Source: Antedon mediterranea (lineage: Eukaryota; Animalia; Echinodermata). Taken from it: a stretch of DNA of 64,000 bases. The notes under the pieces were generated by a model, which was not told the origin of the DNA, searched no databases, and saw only the letters and a list, made by a program, of their open reading frames with translations. Made by a program: the position numbers and the translations under genes. Below are positions 60,880 to 64,000 of this stretch, one piece after another; the first letter of the stretch is position 1, and the number at the start of each line of letters is the position of its first letter. The stretch covers positions 13,764,001 to 13,828,000 of the forward strand of contig NC_092674.1 in assembly GCF_964355755.1 (NCBI RefSeq). Reading direction: 5' to 3'.

Positions 60880-61720
60880 TTGTATAAAGATAAAGTGCCC
60901 TGCCATCGTTCATAAACCTACAATTTCTCCATATTAAGCCCATCATTCTATTAGCTTTTGACAACACATGATTAATATGTGAACAAAAATTTAATTTACT
61001 ATCAATAAAAATACCTAAATATTTCCATACATAAACCATCTCAAGATCATGTCCACTCAGATTATAATTGAAGAGCACAGGCCTTTTTTTAAGTGTTATA
61101 GATAAATATTTGCATTTATTAGCATTAAGTTTTATCCCCCACTTCTCCGTCCATTCCACGAGACCATCCATATCCCCCTGAAGTGAAAAAGCATCCTGTG
61201 GAGTGGTAATCACTTTAAACAATTTCAGATCGTCAGCAAATAAAAGAGACTCGGAATGATTAAATTTTAAAGGAAGATCATTGATAAATAAATTAAACAA
61301 AAGCGGGCCCAGGATCGAGCCCTGCGGAACGCCCGATAACACAGGGAGCCTAGCCAATCAGATGTCTCTCCCCCAATGACAACACGATGTTGTATATTAG
61401 TTAAATAGCTTTTAAACCAACTTAAAAGTGAACCGGATAAACCAAATTTTGAATGTTTAAAAATAAGCAAATCATGGGAAACGGAATCAAAAGCCTTAGA
61501 GAAATCAGTGTAAATCACATCGCACTGCTTCTTGCTGTTAATTGCATCGTATGATGTAGCAAGAAGCAGTGCGAGGTTGGTTTGACATGATCTCCCAGAG
61601 ACAAAACCATGCTGCCTAGGACTTAAAGCATTAGCAACATTTGATGACAAACCATCATGCACAATGCGCTCAAAAATCTTAGACATAGTAGGCAATAACG
61701 AAATAGGACGATAGTTACAG
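60880..61720 (-). mobile_element. CR1-clade LINE RT fragment, frameshifted
   Basis: NYRPISLL, QHGF...RSC.TNL, YTDFSKAFDSVSH, GVPQGSILGPLLF, LFADDLK, KYLG. Confidence 0.9.
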
Positions 61721-62078
61721 ATACAGTTACTTAGATACTCTCTTAGTATTACAGGGTAACACCGCGGATCAAAAATATGTTGTTTATTAAAAAACATAGA
61801 CCTTTCAAAACACTACTTAGTTTATTAATGAAATATATCATAATTATAACATACATTTGGATTAGGTGTACGCGAGTGCAAATAAAACATCTAAAAATGA
61901 ATATGTATTTGCAAAAAGCTAAAATTACGTTTTCGAGAATTTTTTTTTAGACCACACTAAGTGGTTAGTGTAACTTCACATTTGTGATATATTGCAACAT
62001 TATATATTAATTAGTCACCATAACATGGACCTTGCCATACGATGATTTAAAATTCAGAGTTTTAGTATTATAGTATTA

Positions 62079-62260
62079 CAGTTGAACCCCCATGAGCGGT
62101 CACCTCCCGAAAGCTGCCTCCCTTAACGGCCGTACTTTCGAAAAGCCTGTTTGTTCTTCATCTAATTAGTGGACCTCCTGTAAGCAGCCATCTTACGTGA
62201 GCGACCGCGGAAAATTTGGGTACAACACATTAGATTATTTAAGCGGCCACCCAAAAATTC
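62079..62260. mobile_element. Tc1/pogo-type MITE end fragment
   Basis: TA|CAGTTGAACC start with repeated AGCGGCCACC motifs. Related end GAGGTTCAACTG|TA at ~5884-5895. Confidence 0.45.
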
Positions 62261-63637
62261 GTATTGACTTTTGACAACAACAAGGCCATATACATTTCTG
62301 CAGTTGCGTGCGCAAATTTTAGTTAGTAGTGTTTACCGACCGACCGAAGTATCAAAATACAATTTTCATACTTATTTTTTTCTTTTTATATTAGCTTTAT
62401 TTCGAAGCGGTTTTAAAATATTTATGTGAAGAACATTCCTGTGTTTTTTTAGATGAGATGAGAAAACTACACTTTTTGATTTTGACCGACCGGTTTGTCT
62501 GAAAATCTTAAATAATACTAAACCACCTGATCATTACAATACAATACAATTAACGAGAGAATATAGAGGCCCGTTGTGTTAAGACAGCCGAAAAATATCG
62601 TGCATCGCCATAATACGTGATGTTGGCCCTTTATCGGCAGAACCTCCCGTAATCATGCACTTTTCAATTTCATAAAATAAGGTAATTGATCGCAGTTGAT
62701 ACCTTAGTGGTTATAAAAGCCCTGGTCTATAGTCTACTTTAGTTAGTTAGTTTAAATTAAACTAAATTTGAACTCATTAAGCCCACATTTTTGTCGCAAA
62801 TACTGTAGTAGCAAATCATAGCGTAAAGCAACAGAAGAAAAGATATTTAGGCCTAGCCTAGATGTCATAAGTAAGCCCATTAATTACAATTTTCACGGTT
62901 GGTCTCTTCACAAAATAGAGAACCCTGCGTACCCCTCTTGCTATGGGCTTGTACTTCACCTTGACGAGTTCGAGTTACCCACGTTAACGCACACCCTGCA
63001 ACTAACATGAAATACACATACAGTACTCTATGACGCGAAAAAATATGTTTATAGTGTGCTGAACTGTGTCTATTCGGTGTCATACAATATTAAGTGCAAA
63101 TAATAAATAAGTGAAGGATAATATTCTATTATGTTCCGTTTATTCAGTAAAGCCTAAATTTCAATCAGATATGTTACTTTTCACTATGATGACACGATTA
63201 CGAAATCAGCAACAGTTGACCACATACGAATGACAATCGGTTCTTTTTAGTGGGCTGAATTATTAACATTAATTGATCTAAACGACCACCAACTGTCAGT
63301 ACTCAGTTTAATAAACTAAGTCCCACTTGTACAGAGATTTGACATGAAAACGTTTACAGATACAATATCATTTCACTATAAATCTTTGATATCATGTGTA
63401 TATAAACAACACTGGATGTTTTTACAATTGCCATGTCACGGGAATACGGTTGAGTTTCATAGGAAACAAAGTTGTAGAGATTATAAGTTTCTGAAATATA
63501 CTGTAGTGCTGCTGTGTTATCTGAGAAAGTTTATAATCTATATAATCATTATGTTATAGGCGTCACTTTACTGATATCGTTTCTCTTTTTAATATTTTCA
63601 ATTCTAATATAATTAATACTGACAATTTATTTAATAT

Positions 63638-63830
63638 TCGTAATCCACAACGTGTTACTCGTAGCTCTTCTTCTGTTGGTACTCTTTCTGATATTCGTCG
63701 CTGCAGAACTGAATCTTCTTTTCAATCACATATCCCACGTGTTACCCGAATTTGGAATAACTTACCCAGTGAAATCCGCAACTTAAATATTTCTGTTAGT
63801 TCTTTTAAAACCAAATTACTTAATTATCTC
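63638..63830 (+). mobile_element. 3' end of a CR1-type ORF2
   Basis: RVTRS...RCRTE....SHIPRVTRIWNNLPSEI....SVSSFKTKL. Confidence 0.7.
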
Positions 63831-64000
63831 AATATTTATTTTTTAAATAATTTTGATATTGAAAATGTGTGTAGTTGGTCGCTTTCTTGTAGATGCTTTA
63901 ATTGTAGAACGTAATTTATTTATTTTTCTTATATTTTTCTGTTCTGGTTTGACCAACTACAGTAGCATAGGTGTTTACAGTAGCACCTGTTTGGTCTTTC

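Overview
AT-rich, intron-rich animal genomic DNA, probably a marine invertebrate; an echinoderm is plausible but unproven. There are two convergent multi-exon host loci. (1) A + strand SLC22/organic-cation-transporter-like gene (4398-~17217) with canonical exon sizes but apparent lesions in exons 2, 4 and 6. (2) A - strand Roco-type gene (>=57282 to 36986) reading ankyrin repeats, Roc C-terminus, COR, linker, then three Death domains. I could not find most of its Roc GTPase domain in place, but a phase-compatible Roc G4 exon lies orphaned at 30771-30928, downstream of the gene. Between the two genes is a nest of inverted-repeat elements: a MULE-type MITE, an AcademX derivative with two 3' ends, a 3.5-kb foldback element, and a Harbinger MITE inside a GC-richer virus-like gene pair. 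The foldback carries a 368-bp tandem unit containing a fully paired tRNA cloverleaf with an unusual ATC anticodon. The same interval also holds a 69-bp minisatellite and an IQ-motif pseudogene. Introns and flanks contain Helitron/Helentron-type elements, 5S- and tRNA-derived SINE-like sequences, RTE, CR1, Rex1/Babar and Crack/L2 LINE remnants, and a minisatellite-filled solo LTR. All calls are by-eye; no database searches were run.
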